Assembly (NCBI GenBank): GCA_043228905.1
Contig: JBHGNT010000059.1
Coordinates: 1 to 64,000, forward strand
Length of the DNA stretch: 64,000 nucleotides
Direction of reading: 5' to 3'
From: Azolla caroliniana
Taxonomy: Eukaryota; Plantae; Polypodiophyta
Shown here: piece by piece, positions 22,655-34,750 of the stretch
How the letters are laid out: every line of letters starts with the position of its first letter
How positions within the stretch are numbered: the stretch's first letter is position 1
Notes under the pieces: generated by a model
Database searches by the model: none
What the model saw: the letters and a program-made list of their open reading frames with translations, nothing else
What the model was told of the DNA's origin: nothing
Program-made: the position numbers and the translations under genes

Positions 22655-23777
22655 TGCTTGTGTTCGGAACTACCCCGGTTCTCTCTCCGCCTATTTGAGT
22701 GTGTCATGGTTGATCCACCCTTATATACACAAGGCCATGCATGTCTAGTACATGCATGTCCCTTCCCACGTCCATTCCTATAGACGTTAATGGCATGATC
22801 CATACTTGGGCCACGGAAGAGACCATTCACTTTTCACCACCCCCCTTTACGTGTCCAGGATCCTCCTGCTTCGACCTACCATATCACTAGCCCTATACTC
22901 ACCTCCATCACACCAGGAGTGGGATTATGCACTTGGGCATTTCAAATCTACTAACCTATGGACGCTTCGTCCATATTGCAACGTAGACAGTATGTAACCT
23001 CATGATAGCCACCTACACATGTGATGCCATTGAGGTTGTAGAGTGCGTATGGGCCTCGTAAAACGAGGATAAGGTGGTGAGAAAAGGTTTTTAGGGTGTT
23101 GGTTCTCTCCACGAAAACGTGCTCGGTGGTTGTGGCCACGAGGGAGTTTAGAATCCATTGCGACCAACATACGGACGACGACACGCGTTTTCATTGTGAT
23201 TACAAGATCCGTCGTCGTTGTGGACGCTGCAACCACCGGAGGAATATGAAGGTGGCACCATTCAAGGACAACATTTCTAGGTGAAACATGCGTGGGTTGG
23301 TTGGTTCACACGATGATGAAAATGGTAGATAGACATGGGAATGTCATGTGGAATCATGTTTGTAGTAGGAGTTACGATCAGCCACTACTATTGCGCACAT
23401 CATGGTACGGCGAGACACGGCATTGTATGAGGGTGGCTTCAATACAACATTGTGATGGCATCGACGTTTGACGAGTTTCGCGTTGCTCGTGAGAGAGATA
23501 GCGATAGATGGATAGCGATAGATATAGGTAGGGTGGGAGTGGGTAGTGTGCGTGTGGGCACGTTACCTAATCATGTGTGCGTGGAGTTTCATTTTGCTTG
23601 TGCAATGAGCGAGCGAGGGCACGCGACCTGATCGTGCGTGCGTGCGTGCGTGTTGTGCGCGAGCGTGGGAGAAATATGATTGAGAGGGTTATGAGAACGT
23701 CAAGACACCACACAGAGCACACCATTTACATTTACGATGTTCAGAAAGTGTATAGTTGAAAAAGTTATGTACGTTCT

Positions 23778-24854
23778 TTAAAAGTGGCGAATACAAGCGC
23801 GTGGGCGAAGATCACATTGTTGGAGAAGGCGAGAGGTTGCCACGCTTAGAAGTTGTTCCTCCTCACCGGCCTTGAAACGACGACGTTGTTCCTCATCTTG
23901 TCGTCCGGTCATGCGATAACGGCGCTCGTCCTCCTCGCGCTCGCTACTGTCTCTCTCTCGCTCGGCATCCTCTTCCCATTGACGACGTTCCCTTGACACT
24001 TGGCTATGGCGGTGACCATCATTGCGTGCCTCTTCTCCGCTAATGTATAAGGCCTCGCGGAGGCGGTTGCAACGCTCTTCTACGGGGATTTGTTCCACGT
24101 TCCTGCAGCATCTTTCGGAGGGCCTTGCATATCGGCTGATTTCATCCCAAGAGGTGCGACGGCTTCGTCCACGTTCTTCCTTCTCATTACGTTCTTGTAG
24201 GTGGCGGACCTGCCCATCGACGAAGTTTTGGCACTCTTGCCTCAACTCTCGGTCTCGTGGCTCATCGCGATCGCGGCCGCGACGATCCCGTTCCTCTTCG
24301 GACTCTCTCTTGTTGTCTCTGCGACGTCCTTCATCGAGGGATCCTTCACGACGTCGGTCGCGCCTCTCCTGCTCGACATCCTCCTCCCTACGTCGATCGC
24401 GCCTCTCGTCGCGTGACTCATCACGATCGCGACCGCGACGATCCCGTTCCTCTTCGGACTCTCTCTTGTTGTCTCCGTAGCGCCCCTCCTCGATGGACCC
24501 CTCGCGACGTCCCCCGCGCCTCTCCTCATCGAAATCCTCCTCCCTGCGTCGATCGCGCCTCTCCTCACGTGGCTCATCGCGATCGTGACTGCGACGATCC
24601 CGGTCCTCATCCGACCCTCTCTTGTTGTCTCTGTAGCGCCTCTCATCGATGGATCCCTCACGACGTCCGCTGCGCCTCTCCTCGTCGACATCCTCCTCCC
24701 TACGTCGATCGCGTCTCTCCTCGTCAATGTCTCCCTCTCTTCGTCGATCGCGCCTCTCCTCTTCGCGATCCCGTCCTACAGATCTAGCATTGGCCGCGCC
24801 GCAGGCGGCTAGCATGATAACCGCCATGAGGAATATGATAGTGAGCTTCGCCAT
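23778..24854 (-). CDS. 2S-albumin-like R/E/D-rich protein, copy 3 (358 aa)
   Basis: Same translation as copy 1. Confidence 0.8.
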   Translation of the reverse strand: MAKLTIIFLMAVIMLAACGAANARSVGRDREEERRDRRREGDIDEERRDRRREEDVDEERRSGRREGSIDERRYRDNKRGSDEDRDRRSHDRDEPREERRDRRREEDFDEERRGGRREGSIEEGRYGDNKRESEEERDRRGRDRDESRDERRDRRREEDVEQERRDRRREGSLDEGRRRDNKRESEEERDRRGRDRDEPRDRELRQECQNFVDGQVRHLQERNEKEERGRSRRTSWDEISRYARPSERCCRNVEQIPVEERCNRLREALYISGEEARNDGHRHSQVSRERRQWEEDAERERDSSEREEDERRYRMTGRQDEEQRRRFKAGEEEQLLSVATSRLLQQCDLRPRACIRHF

Positions 24855-25977
24855 TGCTTGTGTTCGGAACTACCCCGGTTCTCTCTCCGCCTATTTGAGT
24901 GTGTCATGGTTGATCCACCCTTATATACACAAGGCCATGCATGTCTAGTACATGCATGTCCCTTCCCACGTCCATTCCTATAGACGTTAATGGCATGATC
25001 CATACTTGGGCCACGGAAGAGACCATTCACTTTTCACCACCCCCCTTTACGTGTCCAGGATCCTCCTGCTTCGACCTACCATATCACTAGCCCTATACTC
25101 ACCTCCATCACACCAGGAGTGGGATTATGCACTTGGGCATTTCAAATCTACTAACCTATGGACGCTTCGTCCATATTGCAACGTAGACAGTATGTAACCT
25201 CATGATAGCCACCTACACATGTGATGCCATTGAGGTTGTAGAGTGCGTATGGGCCTCGTAAAACGAGGATAAGGTGGTGAGAAAAGGTTTTTAGGGTGTT
25301 GGTTCTCTCCACGAAAACGTGCTCGGTGGTTGTGGCCACGAGGGAGTTTAGAATCCATTGCGACCAACATACGGACGACGACACGCGTTTTCATTGTGAT
25401 TACAAGATCCGTCGTCGTTGTGGACGCTGCAACCACCGGAGGAATATGAAGGTGGCACCATTCAAGGACAACATTTCTAGGTGAAACATGCGTGGGTTGG
25501 TTGGTTCACACGATGATGAAAATGGTAGATAGACATGGGAATGTCATGTGGAATCATGTTTGTAGTAGGAGTTACGATCAGCCACTACTATTGCGCACAT
25601 CATGGTACGGCGAGACACGGCATTGTATGAGGGTGGCTTCAATACAACATTGTGATGGCATCGACGTTTGACGAGTTTCGCGTTGCTCGTGAGAGAGATA
25701 GCGATAGATGGATAGCGATAGATATAGGTAGGGTGGGAGTGGGTAGTGTGCGTGTGGGCACGTTACCTAATCATGTGTGCGTGGAGTTTCATTTTGCTTG
25801 TGCAATGAGCGAGCGAGGGCACGCGACCTGATCGTGCGTGCGTGCGTGCGTGTTGTGCGCGAGCGTGGGAGAAATATGATTGAGAGGGTTATGAGAACGT
25901 CAAGACACCACACAGAGCACACCATTTACATTTACGATGTTCAGAAAGTGTATAGTTGAAAAAGTTATGTACGTTCT

Positions 25978-27054
25978 TTAAAAGTGGCGAATACAAGCGC
26001 GTGGGCGAAGATCACATTGTTGGAGAAGGCGAGAGGTTGCCACGCTTAGAAGTTGTTCCTCCTCACCGGCCTTGAAACGACGACGTTGTTCCTCATCTTG
26101 TCGTCCGGTCATGCGATAACGGCGCTCGTCCTCCTCGCGCTCGCTACTGTCTCTCTCTCGCTCGGCATCCTCTTCCCATTGACGACGTTCCCTTGACACT
26201 TGGCTATGGCGGTGACCATCATTGCGTGCCTCTTCTCCGCTAATGTATAAGGCCTCGCGGAGGCGGTTGCAACGCTCTTCTACGGGGATTTGTTCCACGT
26301 TCCTGCAGCATCTTTCGGAGGGCCTTGCATATCGGCTGATTTCATCCCAAGAGGTGCGACGGCTTCGTCCACGTTCTTCCTTCTCATTACGTTCTTGTAG
26401 GTGGCGGACCTGCCCATCGACGAAGTTTTGGCACTCTTGCCTCAACTCTCGGTCTCGTGGCTCATCGCGATCGCGGCCGCGACGATCCCGTTCCTCTTCG
26501 GACTCTCTCTTGTTGTCTCTGCGACGTCCTTCATCGAGGGATCCTTCACGACGTCGGTCGCGCCTCTCCTGCTCGACATCCTCCTCCCTACGTCGATCGC
26601 GCCTCTCGTCGCGTGACTCATCACGATCGCGACCGCGACGATCCCGTTCCTCTTCGGACTCTCTCTTGTTGTCTCCGTAGCGCCCCTCCTCGATGGACCC
26701 CTCGCGACGTCCCCCGCGCCTCTCCTCATCGAAATCCTCCTCCCTGCGTCGATCGCGCCTCTCCTCACGTGGCTCATCGCGATCGTGACTGCGACGATCC
26801 CGGTCCTCATCCGACCCTCTCTTGTTGTCTCTGTAGCGCCTCTCATCGATGGATCCCTCACGACGTCCGCTGCGCCTCTCCTCGTCGACATCCTCCTCCC
26901 TACGTCGATCGCGTCTCTCCTCGTCAATGTCTCCCTCTCTTCGTCGATCGCGCCTCTCCTCTTCGCGATCCCGTCCTACAGATCTAGCATTGGCCGCGCC
27001 GCAGGCGGCTAGCATGATAACCGCCATGAGGAATATGATAGTGAGCTTCGCCAT
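25978..27054 (-). CDS. 2S-albumin-like R/E/D-rich protein, copy 4 (358 aa)
   Basis: Same translation as copy 1. Confidence 0.8.
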   Translation of the reverse strand: MAKLTIIFLMAVIMLAACGAANARSVGRDREEERRDRRREGDIDEERRDRRREEDVDEERRSGRREGSIDERRYRDNKRGSDEDRDRRSHDRDEPREERRDRRREEDFDEERRGGRREGSIEEGRYGDNKRESEEERDRRGRDRDESRDERRDRRREEDVEQERRDRRREGSLDEGRRRDNKRESEEERDRRGRDRDEPRDRELRQECQNFVDGQVRHLQERNEKEERGRSRRTSWDEISRYARPSERCCRNVEQIPVEERCNRLREALYISGEEARNDGHRHSQVSRERRQWEEDAERERDSSEREEDERRYRMTGRQDEEQRRRFKAGEEEQLLSVATSRLLQQCDLRPRACIRHF

Positions 27055-27915
27055 TGCTTGTGTTCGGAACTACCCCGGTTCTCTCTCCGCCTATTTGAGT
27101 GTGTCATGGTTGATCCACCCTTATATACACAAGGCCATGCATGTCTAGTACATGCATGTCCCTTCCCACGTCCATTCCTATAGACGTTAATGGCATGATC
27201 CATACTTGGGCCACGGAAGAGACCATTCACTTTTCACCACCCCCCTTTACGTGTCCAGGATCCTCCTGCTTCGACCTACCATATCACTAGCCCTATACTC
27301 ACCTCCATCACACCAGGAGTGGGATTATGCACTTGGGCATTTCAAATCTACTAACCTATGGACGCTTCGTCCATATTGCAACGTAGACAGTATGTAACCT
27401 CATGATAGCCACCTACACATGTGATGCCATTGAGGTTGTAGAGTGCGTATGGGCCTCGTAAAACGAGGATAAGGTGGTGAGAAAAGGTTTTTAGGGTGTT
27501 GGTTCTCTCCACGAAAACGTGCTCGGTGGTTGTGGCCACGAGGGAGTTTAGAATCCATTGCGACCAACATACGGACGACGACACGCGTTTTCATTGTGAT
27601 TACAAGATCCGTCGTCGTTGTGGACGCTGCAACCACCGGAGGAATATGAAGGTGGCACCATTCAAGGACAACATTTCTAGGTGAAACATGCGTGGGTTGG
27701 TTGGTTCACACGATGATGAAAATGGTAGATAGACATGGGAATGTCATGTGGAATCATGTTTGTAGTAGGAGTTACGATCAGCCACTACTATTGCGCACAT
27801 CATGGTACGGCGAGACACGGCATTGTATGAGGGTGGCTTCAATACAACATTGTGATGGCATCGACGTTTGACGAGTTTCGCGTTGCTCGTGAGAGAGATA
27901 GCGATAGATGGATAG

Positions 27916-27940
27916 AAGCATTGGTATCACGCAGAGTACT
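27916..27940 (+). other. Library adapter remnant (SMART / PacBio amplification primer-like)
   Basis: aagcattggtatcacgcagagtact versus AAGCAGTGGTATCAACGCAGAGTACT (1 substitution, 1 deletion). It replaces 25 nt that are essentially invariant in the other units. Confidence 0.9.
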
Positions 27941-28177
27941 GGGTAGTGTGCGTGTGGGCACGTTACCTAATCATGTGTGCGTGGAGTTTCATTTTGCTTG
28001 TGCAATGAGCGAGCGAGGGCACGCGACCTGATCGTGCGTGCGTGCGTGCGTGTTGTGCGCGAGCGTGGGAGAAATGTGATTGAGAGGGTTATGAGAACGT
28101 CAAGACACCACACAGAGCACACCATTTACATTTACGATGTTCAGAAAGTGTATAGTTGAAAAAGTTATGTACGTTCT

Positions 28178-29227
28178 TTAAAAGTGGCGAATACAAGCGC
28201 GTGGGCGAAGATCACATTGTTGGAGAAGGCGAGAGGTTGCCACGCTTAGAAGTTGTTCCTCCTCACCGGCCTTGAAACGACGACGTTGTTCCTCATCTTG
28301 TCGTCCGGTCATGCGATAACGGCGCTCGTCCTCCTCGCGCTCGCTACTGTCTCTCTCTCGCTCGGCATCCTCTTCCCATTGACGACGTTCCCTTGACACT
28401 TGGCTATGGCGGTGACCATCATTGCGTGCCTCTTCTCCGCTAATGTATAAGGCCTCGCGGAGGCGGTTGCAACGCTCTTCTACGGGGATTTGTTCCACGT
28501 TCCTGCAGCATCTTTCGGAGGGCCTTGCATATCGGCTGATTTCATCCCAAGAGGTGCGACGGCTTCGTCCACGTTCTTCCTTCTCATTACGTTCTTGTAG
28601 GTGGCGGACCTGCCCCAACTCTCGGTCTCGTGGCTCATCGCGATCGCGGCCGCGACGATCCCGTTCCTCTTCGGACTCTCTCTTGTTGTCTCTGCGACGT
28701 CCTTCATCGAGGGATCCTTCACGACGTCGGTCGCGCCTCTCCTGCTCGACATCCTCCTCCCTACGTCGATCGCGCCTCTCGTCGCGTGACTCATCACGAT
28801 CGCGACCGCGACGATCCCGTTCCTCTTCGGACTCTCTCTTGTTGTCTCCGTAGCGCCCCTCCTCGATGGACCCCTCGCGACGTCCCCCGCGCCTCTCCTC
28901 ATCGAAATCCTCCTCCCTGCGTCGATCGCGCCTCTCCTCACGTGGCTCATCGCGATCGTGACTGCGACGATCCCGGTCCTCATCCGACCCTCTCTTGTTG
29001 TCTCTGTAGCGCCTCTCATCGATGGATCCCTCACGACGTCCGCTGCGCCTCTCCTCGTCGACATCCTCCTCCCTACGTCGATCGCGTCTCTCCTCGTCAA
29101 TGTCTCCCTCTCTTCGTCGATCGCGCCTCTCCTCTTCGCGATCCCGTCCTACAGATCTAGCATTGGCCGCGCCGCAGGCGGCTAGCATGATAACCGCCAT
29201 GAGGAATATGATAGTGAGCTTCGCCAT
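28178..29227 (-). CDS. 2S-albumin-like protein, copy 5 (349 aa; in-frame 27-bp deletion removing RQECQNFVD)
   Basis: Junction tgccc|caactc at 28615/28616. This unit also carries the adapter, so it may be artefactual. Confidence 0.55.
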   Translation of the reverse strand: MAKLTIIFLMAVIMLAACGAANARSVGRDREEERRDRRREGDIDEERRDRRREEDVDEERRSGRREGSIDERRYRDNKRGSDEDRDRRSHDRDEPREERRDRRREEDFDEERRGGRREGSIEEGRYGDNKRESEEERDRRGRDRDESRDERRDRRREEDVEQERRDRRREGSLDEGRRRDNKRESEEERDRRGRDRDEPRDRELGQVRHLQERNEKEERGRSRRTSWDEISRYARPSERCCRNVEQIPVEERCNRLREALYISGEEARNDGHRHSQVSRERRQWEEDAERERDSSEREEDERRYRMTGRQDEEQRRRFKAGEEEQLLSVATSRLLQQCDLRPRACIRHF

Positions 29228-30350
29228 TGCTTGTGTTCGGAACTACCCCGGTTCTCTCTCCGCCTATTTGAGTGTGTCATGGTTGATCCACCCTTATATA
29301 CACAAGGCCATGCATGTCTAGTACATGCATGTCCCTTCCCACGTCCATTCCTATAGACGTTAATGGCATGATCCATACTTGGGCCACGGAAGAGACCATT
29401 CACTTTTCACCACCCCCCTTTACGTGTCCAGGATCCTCCTGCTTCGACCTACCATATCACTAGCCCTATACTCACCTCCATCACACCAGGAGTGGGATTA
29501 TGCACTTGGGCATTTCAAATCTACTAACCTATGGACGCTTCGTCCATATTGCAACGTAGACAGTATGTAACCTCATGATAGCCACCTACACATGTGATGC
29601 CATTGAGGTTGTAGAGTGCGTATGGGCCTCGTAAAACGAGGATAAGGTGGTGAGAAAAGGTTTTTAGGGTGTTGGTTCTCTCCACGAAAACGTGCTCGGT
29701 GGTTGTGGCCACGAGGGAGTTTAGAATCCATTGCGACCAACATACGGACGACGACACGCGTTTTCATTGTGATTACAAGATCCGTCGTCGTTGTGGACGC
29801 TGCAACCACCGGAGGAATATGAAGGTGGCACCATTCAAGGACAACATTTCTAGGTGAAACATGCGTGGGTTGGTTGGTTCACACGATGATGAAAATGGTA
29901 GATAGACATGGGAATGTCATGTGGAATCATGTTTGTAGTAGGAGTTACGATCAGCCACTACTATTGCGCACATCATGGTACGGCGAGACACGGCATTGTA
30001 TGAGGGTGGCTTCAATACAACATTGTGATGGCATCGACGTTTGACGAGTTTCGCGTTGCTCGTGAGAGAGATAGCGATAGATGGATAGCGATAGATATAG
30101 GTAGGGTGGGAGTGGGTAGTGTGCGTGTGGGCACGTTACCTAATCATGTGTGCGTGGAGTTTCATTTTGCTTGTGCAATGAGCGAGCGAGGGCACGCGAC
30201 CTGATCGTGCGTGCGTGCGTGCGTGTTGTGCGCGAGCGTGGGAGAAATATGATTGAGAGGGTTATGAGAACGTCAAGACACCACACAGAGCACACCATTT
30301 ACATTTACGATGTTCAGAAAGTGTATAGTTGAAAAAGTTATGTACGTTCT

Positions 30351-31427
30351 TTAAAAGTGGCGAATACAAGCGCGTGGGCGAAGATCACATTGTTGGAGAA
30401 GGCGAGAGGTTGCCACGCTTAGAAGTTGTTCCTCCTCACCGGCCTTGAAACGACGACGTTGTTCCTCATCTTGTCGTCCGGTCATGCGATAACGGCGCTC
30501 GTCCTCCTCGCGCTCGCTACTGTCTCTCTCTCGCTCGGCATCCTCTTCCCATTGACGACGTTCCCTTGACACTTGGCTATGGCGGTGACCATCATTGCGT
30601 GCCTCTTCTCCGCTAATGTATAAGGCCTCGCGGAGGCGGTTGCAACGCTCTTCTACGGGGATTTGTTCCACGTTCCTGCAGCATCTTTCGGAGGGCCTTG
30701 CATATCGGCTGATTTCATCCCAAGAGGTGCGACGGCTTCGTCCACGTTCTTCCTTCTCATTACGTTCTTGTAGGTGGCGGACCTGCCCATCGACGAAGTT
30801 TTGGCACTCTTGCCTCAACTCTCGGTCTCGTGGCTCATCGCGATCGCGGCCGCGACGATCCCGTTCCTCTTCGGACTCTCTCTTGTTGTCTCTGCGACGT
30901 CCTTCATCGAGGGATCCTTCACGACGTCGGTCGCGCCTCTCCTGCTCGACATCCTCCTCCCTACGTCGATCGCGCCTCTCGTCGCGTGACTCATCACGAT
31001 CGCGACCGCGACGATCCCGTTCCTCTTCGGACTCTCTCTTGTTGTCTCCGTAGCGCCCCTCCTCGATGGACCCCTCGCGACGTCCCCCGCGCCTCTCCTC
31101 ATCGAAATCCTCCTCCCTGCGTCGATCGCGCCTCTCCTCACGTGGCTCATCGCGATCGTGACTGCGACGATCCCGGTCCTCATCCGACCCTCTCTTGTTG
31201 TCTCTGTAGCGCCTCTCATCGATGGATCCCTCACGACGTCCGCTGCGCCTCTCCTCGTCGACATCCTCCTCCCTACGTCGATCGCGTCTCTCCTCGTCAA
31301 TGTCTCCCTCTCTTCGTCGATCGCGCCTCTCCTCTTCGCGATCCCGTCCTACAGATCTAGCATTGGCCGCGCCGCAGGCGGCTAGCATGATAACCGCCAT
31401 GAGGAATATGATAGTGAGCTTCGCCAT
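30351..31427 (-). CDS. 2S-albumin-like R/E/D-rich protein, copy 6 (358 aa)
   Basis: Same translation as copy 1. Confidence 0.8.
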   Translation of the reverse strand: MAKLTIIFLMAVIMLAACGAANARSVGRDREEERRDRRREGDIDEERRDRRREEDVDEERRSGRREGSIDERRYRDNKRGSDEDRDRRSHDRDEPREERRDRRREEDFDEERRGGRREGSIEEGRYGDNKRESEEERDRRGRDRDESRDERRDRRREEDVEQERRDRRREGSLDEGRRRDNKRESEEERDRRGRDRDEPRDRELRQECQNFVDGQVRHLQERNEKEERGRSRRTSWDEISRYARPSERCCRNVEQIPVEERCNRLREALYISGEEARNDGHRHSQVSRERRQWEEDAERERDSSEREEDERRYRMTGRQDEEQRRRFKAGEEEQLLSVATSRLLQQCDLRPRACIRHF

Positions 31428-32550
31428 TGCTTGTGTTCGGAACTACCCCGGTTCTCTCTCCGCCTATTTGAGTGTGTCATGGTTGATCCACCCTTATATA
31501 CACAAGGCCATGCATGTCTAGTACATGCATGTCCCTTCCCACGTCCATTCCTATAGACGTTAATGGCATGATCCATACTTGGGCCACGGAAGAGACCATT
31601 CACTTTTCACCACCCCCCTTTACGTGTCCAGGATCCTCCTGCTTCGACCTACCATATCACTAGCCCTATACTCACCTCCATCACACCAGGAGTGGGATTA
31701 TGCACTTGGGCATTTCAAATCTACTAACCTATGGACGCTTCGTCCATATTGCAACGTAGACAGTATGTAACCTCATGATAGCCACCTACACATGTGATGC
31801 CATTGAGGTTGTAGAGTGCGTATGGGCCTCGTAAAACGAGGATAAGGTGGTGAGAAAAGGTTTTTAGGGTGTTGGTTCTCTCCACGAAAACGTGCTCGGT
31901 GGTTGTGGCCACGAGGGAGTTTAGAATCCATTGCGACCAACATACGGACGACGACACGCGTTTTCATTGTGATTACAAGATCCGTCGTCGTTGTGGACGC
32001 TGCAACCACCGGAGGAATATGAAGGTGGCACCATTCAAGGACAACATTTCTAGGTGAAACATGCGTGGGTTGGTTGGTTCACACGATGATGAAAATGGTA
32101 GATAGACATGGGAATGTCATGTGGAATCATGTTTGTAGTAGGAGTTACGATCAGCCACTACTATTGCGCACATCATGGTACGGCGAGACACGGCATTGTA
32201 TGAGGGTGGCTTCAATACAACATTGTGATGGCATCGACGTTTGACGAGTTTCGCGTTGCTCGTGAGAGAGATAGCGATAGATGGATAGCGATAGATATAG
32301 GTAGGGTGGGAGTGGGTAGTGTGCGTGTGGGCACGTTACCTAATCATGTGTGCGTGGAGTTTCATTTTGCTTGTGCAATGAGCGAGCGAGGGCACGCGAC
32401 CTGATCGTGCGTGCGTGCGTGCGTGTTGTGCGCGAGCGTGGGAGAAATATGATTGAGAGGGTTATGAGAACGTCAAGACACCACACAGAGCACACCATTT
32501 ACATTTACGATGTTCAGAAAGTGTATAGTTGAAAAAGTTATGTACGTTCT

Positions 32551-33627
32551 TTAAAAGTGGCGAATACAAGCGCGTGGGCGAAGATCACATTGTTGGAGAA
32601 GGCGAGAGGTTGCCACGCTTAGAAGTTGTTCCTCCTCACCGGCCTTGAAACGACGACGTTGTTCCTCATCTTGTCGTCCGGTCATGCGATAACGGCGCTC
32701 GTCCTCCTCGCGCTCGCTACTGTCTCTCTCTCGCTCGGCATCCTCTTCCCATTGACGACGTTCCCTTGACACTTGGCTATGGCGGTGACCATCATTGCGT
32801 GCCTCTTCTCCGCTAATGTATAAGGCCTCGCGGAGGCGGTTGCAACGCTCTTCTACGGGGATTTGTTCCACGTTCCTGCAGCATCTTTCGGAGGGCCTTG
32901 CATATCGGCTGATTTCATCCCAAGAGGTGCGACGGCTTCGTCCACGTTCTTCCTTCTCATTACGTTCTTGTAGGTGGCGGACCTGCCCATCGACGAAGTT
33001 TTGGCACTCTTGCCTCAACTCTCGGTCTCGTGGCTCATCGCGATCGCGGCCGCGACGATCCCGTTCCTCTTCGGACTCTCTCTTGTTGTCTCTGCGACGT
33101 CCTTCATCGAGGGATCCTTCACGACGTCGGTCGCGCCTCTCCTGCTCGACATCCTCCTCCCTACGTCGATCGCGCCTCTCGTCGCGTGACTCATCACGAT
33201 CGCGACCGCGACGATCCCGTTCCTCTTCGGACTCTCTCTTGTTGTCTCCGTAGCGCCCCTCCTCGATGGACCCCTCGCGACGTCCCCCGCGCCTCTCCTC
33301 ATCGAAATCCTCCTCCCTGCGTCGATCGCGCCTCTCCTCACGTGGCTCATCGCGATCGTGACTGCGACGATCCCGGTCCTCATCCGACCCTCTCTTGTTG
33401 TCTCTGTAGCGCCTCTCATCGATGGATCCCTCACGACGTCCGCTGCGCCTCTCCTCGTCGACATCCTCCTCCCTACGTCGATCGCGTCTCTCCTCGTCAA
33501 TGTCTCCCTCTCTTCGTCGATCGCGCCTCTCCTCTTCGCGATCCCGTCCTACAGATCTAGCATTGGCCGCGCCGCAGGCGGCTAGCATGATAACCGCCAT
33601 GAGGAATATGATAGTGAGCTTCGCCAT
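32551..33627 (-). CDS. 2S-albumin-like R/E/D-rich protein, copy 7 (358 aa)
   Basis: Same translation as copy 1. Confidence 0.8.
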   Translation of the reverse strand: MAKLTIIFLMAVIMLAACGAANARSVGRDREEERRDRRREGDIDEERRDRRREEDVDEERRSGRREGSIDERRYRDNKRGSDEDRDRRSHDRDEPREERRDRRREEDFDEERRGGRREGSIEEGRYGDNKRESEEERDRRGRDRDESRDERRDRRREEDVEQERRDRRREGSLDEGRRRDNKRESEEERDRRGRDRDEPRDRELRQECQNFVDGQVRHLQERNEKEERGRSRRTSWDEISRYARPSERCCRNVEQIPVEERCNRLREALYISGEEARNDGHRHSQVSRERRQWEEDAERERDSSEREEDERRYRMTGRQDEEQRRRFKAGEEEQLLSVATSRLLQQCDLRPRACIRHF

Positions 33628-34750
33628 TGCTTGTGTTCGGAACTACCCCGGTTCTCTCTCCGCCTATTTGAGTGTGTCATGGTTGATCCACCCTTATATA
33701 CACAAGGCCATGCATGTCTAGTACATGCATGTCCCTTCCCACGTCCATTCCTATAGACGTTAATGGCATGATCCATACTTGGGCCACGGAAGAGACCATT
33801 CACTTTTCACCACCCCCCTTTACGTGTCCAGGATCCTCCTGCTTCGACCTACCATATCACTAGCCCTATACTCACCTCCATCACACCAGGAGTGGGATTA
33901 TGCACTTGGGCATTTCAAATCTACTAACCTATGGACGCTTCGTCCATATTGCAACGTAGACAGTATCTAACCTCATGATAGCCACCTACACATGTGATGC
34001 CATTGAGGTTGTAGAGTGCGTATGGGCCTCGTAAAACGAGGATAAGGTGGTGAGAAAAGGTTTTTAGGGTGTTGGTTCTCTCCACGAAAACGTGCTCGGT
34101 GGTTGTGGCCACGAGGGAGTTTAGAATCCATTGCGACCAACATACGGACGACGACACGCGTTTTCATTGTGATTACAAGATCCGTCGTCGTTGTGGACGC
34201 TGCAACCACCGGAGGAATATGAAGGTGGCACCATTCAAGGACAACATTTCTAGGTGAAACATGCGTGGGTTGGTTGGTTCACACGATGATGAAAATGGTA
34301 GATAGACATGGGAATGTCATGTGGAATCATGTTTGTAGTAGGAGTTACGATCAGCCACTACTATTGCGCACATCATGGTACGGCGAGACACGGCATTGTA
34401 TGAGGGTGGCTTCAATACAACATTGTGATGGCATCGACGTTTGACGAGTTTCGCGTTGCTCGTGAGAGAGATAGCGATAGATGGATAGCGATAGATATAG
34501 GTAGGGTGGGAGTGGGTAGTGTGCGTGTGGGCACGTTACCTAATCATGTGTGCGTGGAGTTTCATTTTGCTTGTGCAATGAGCGAGCGAGGGCACGCGAC
34601 CTGATCGTGCGTGCGTGCGTGCGTGTTGTGCGCGAGCGTGGGAGAAATATGATTGAGAGGGTTATGAGAACGTCAAGACACCACACAGAGCACACCATTT
34701 ACATTTACGATGTTCAGAAAGTGTATAGTTGAAAAAGTTATGTACGTTCT

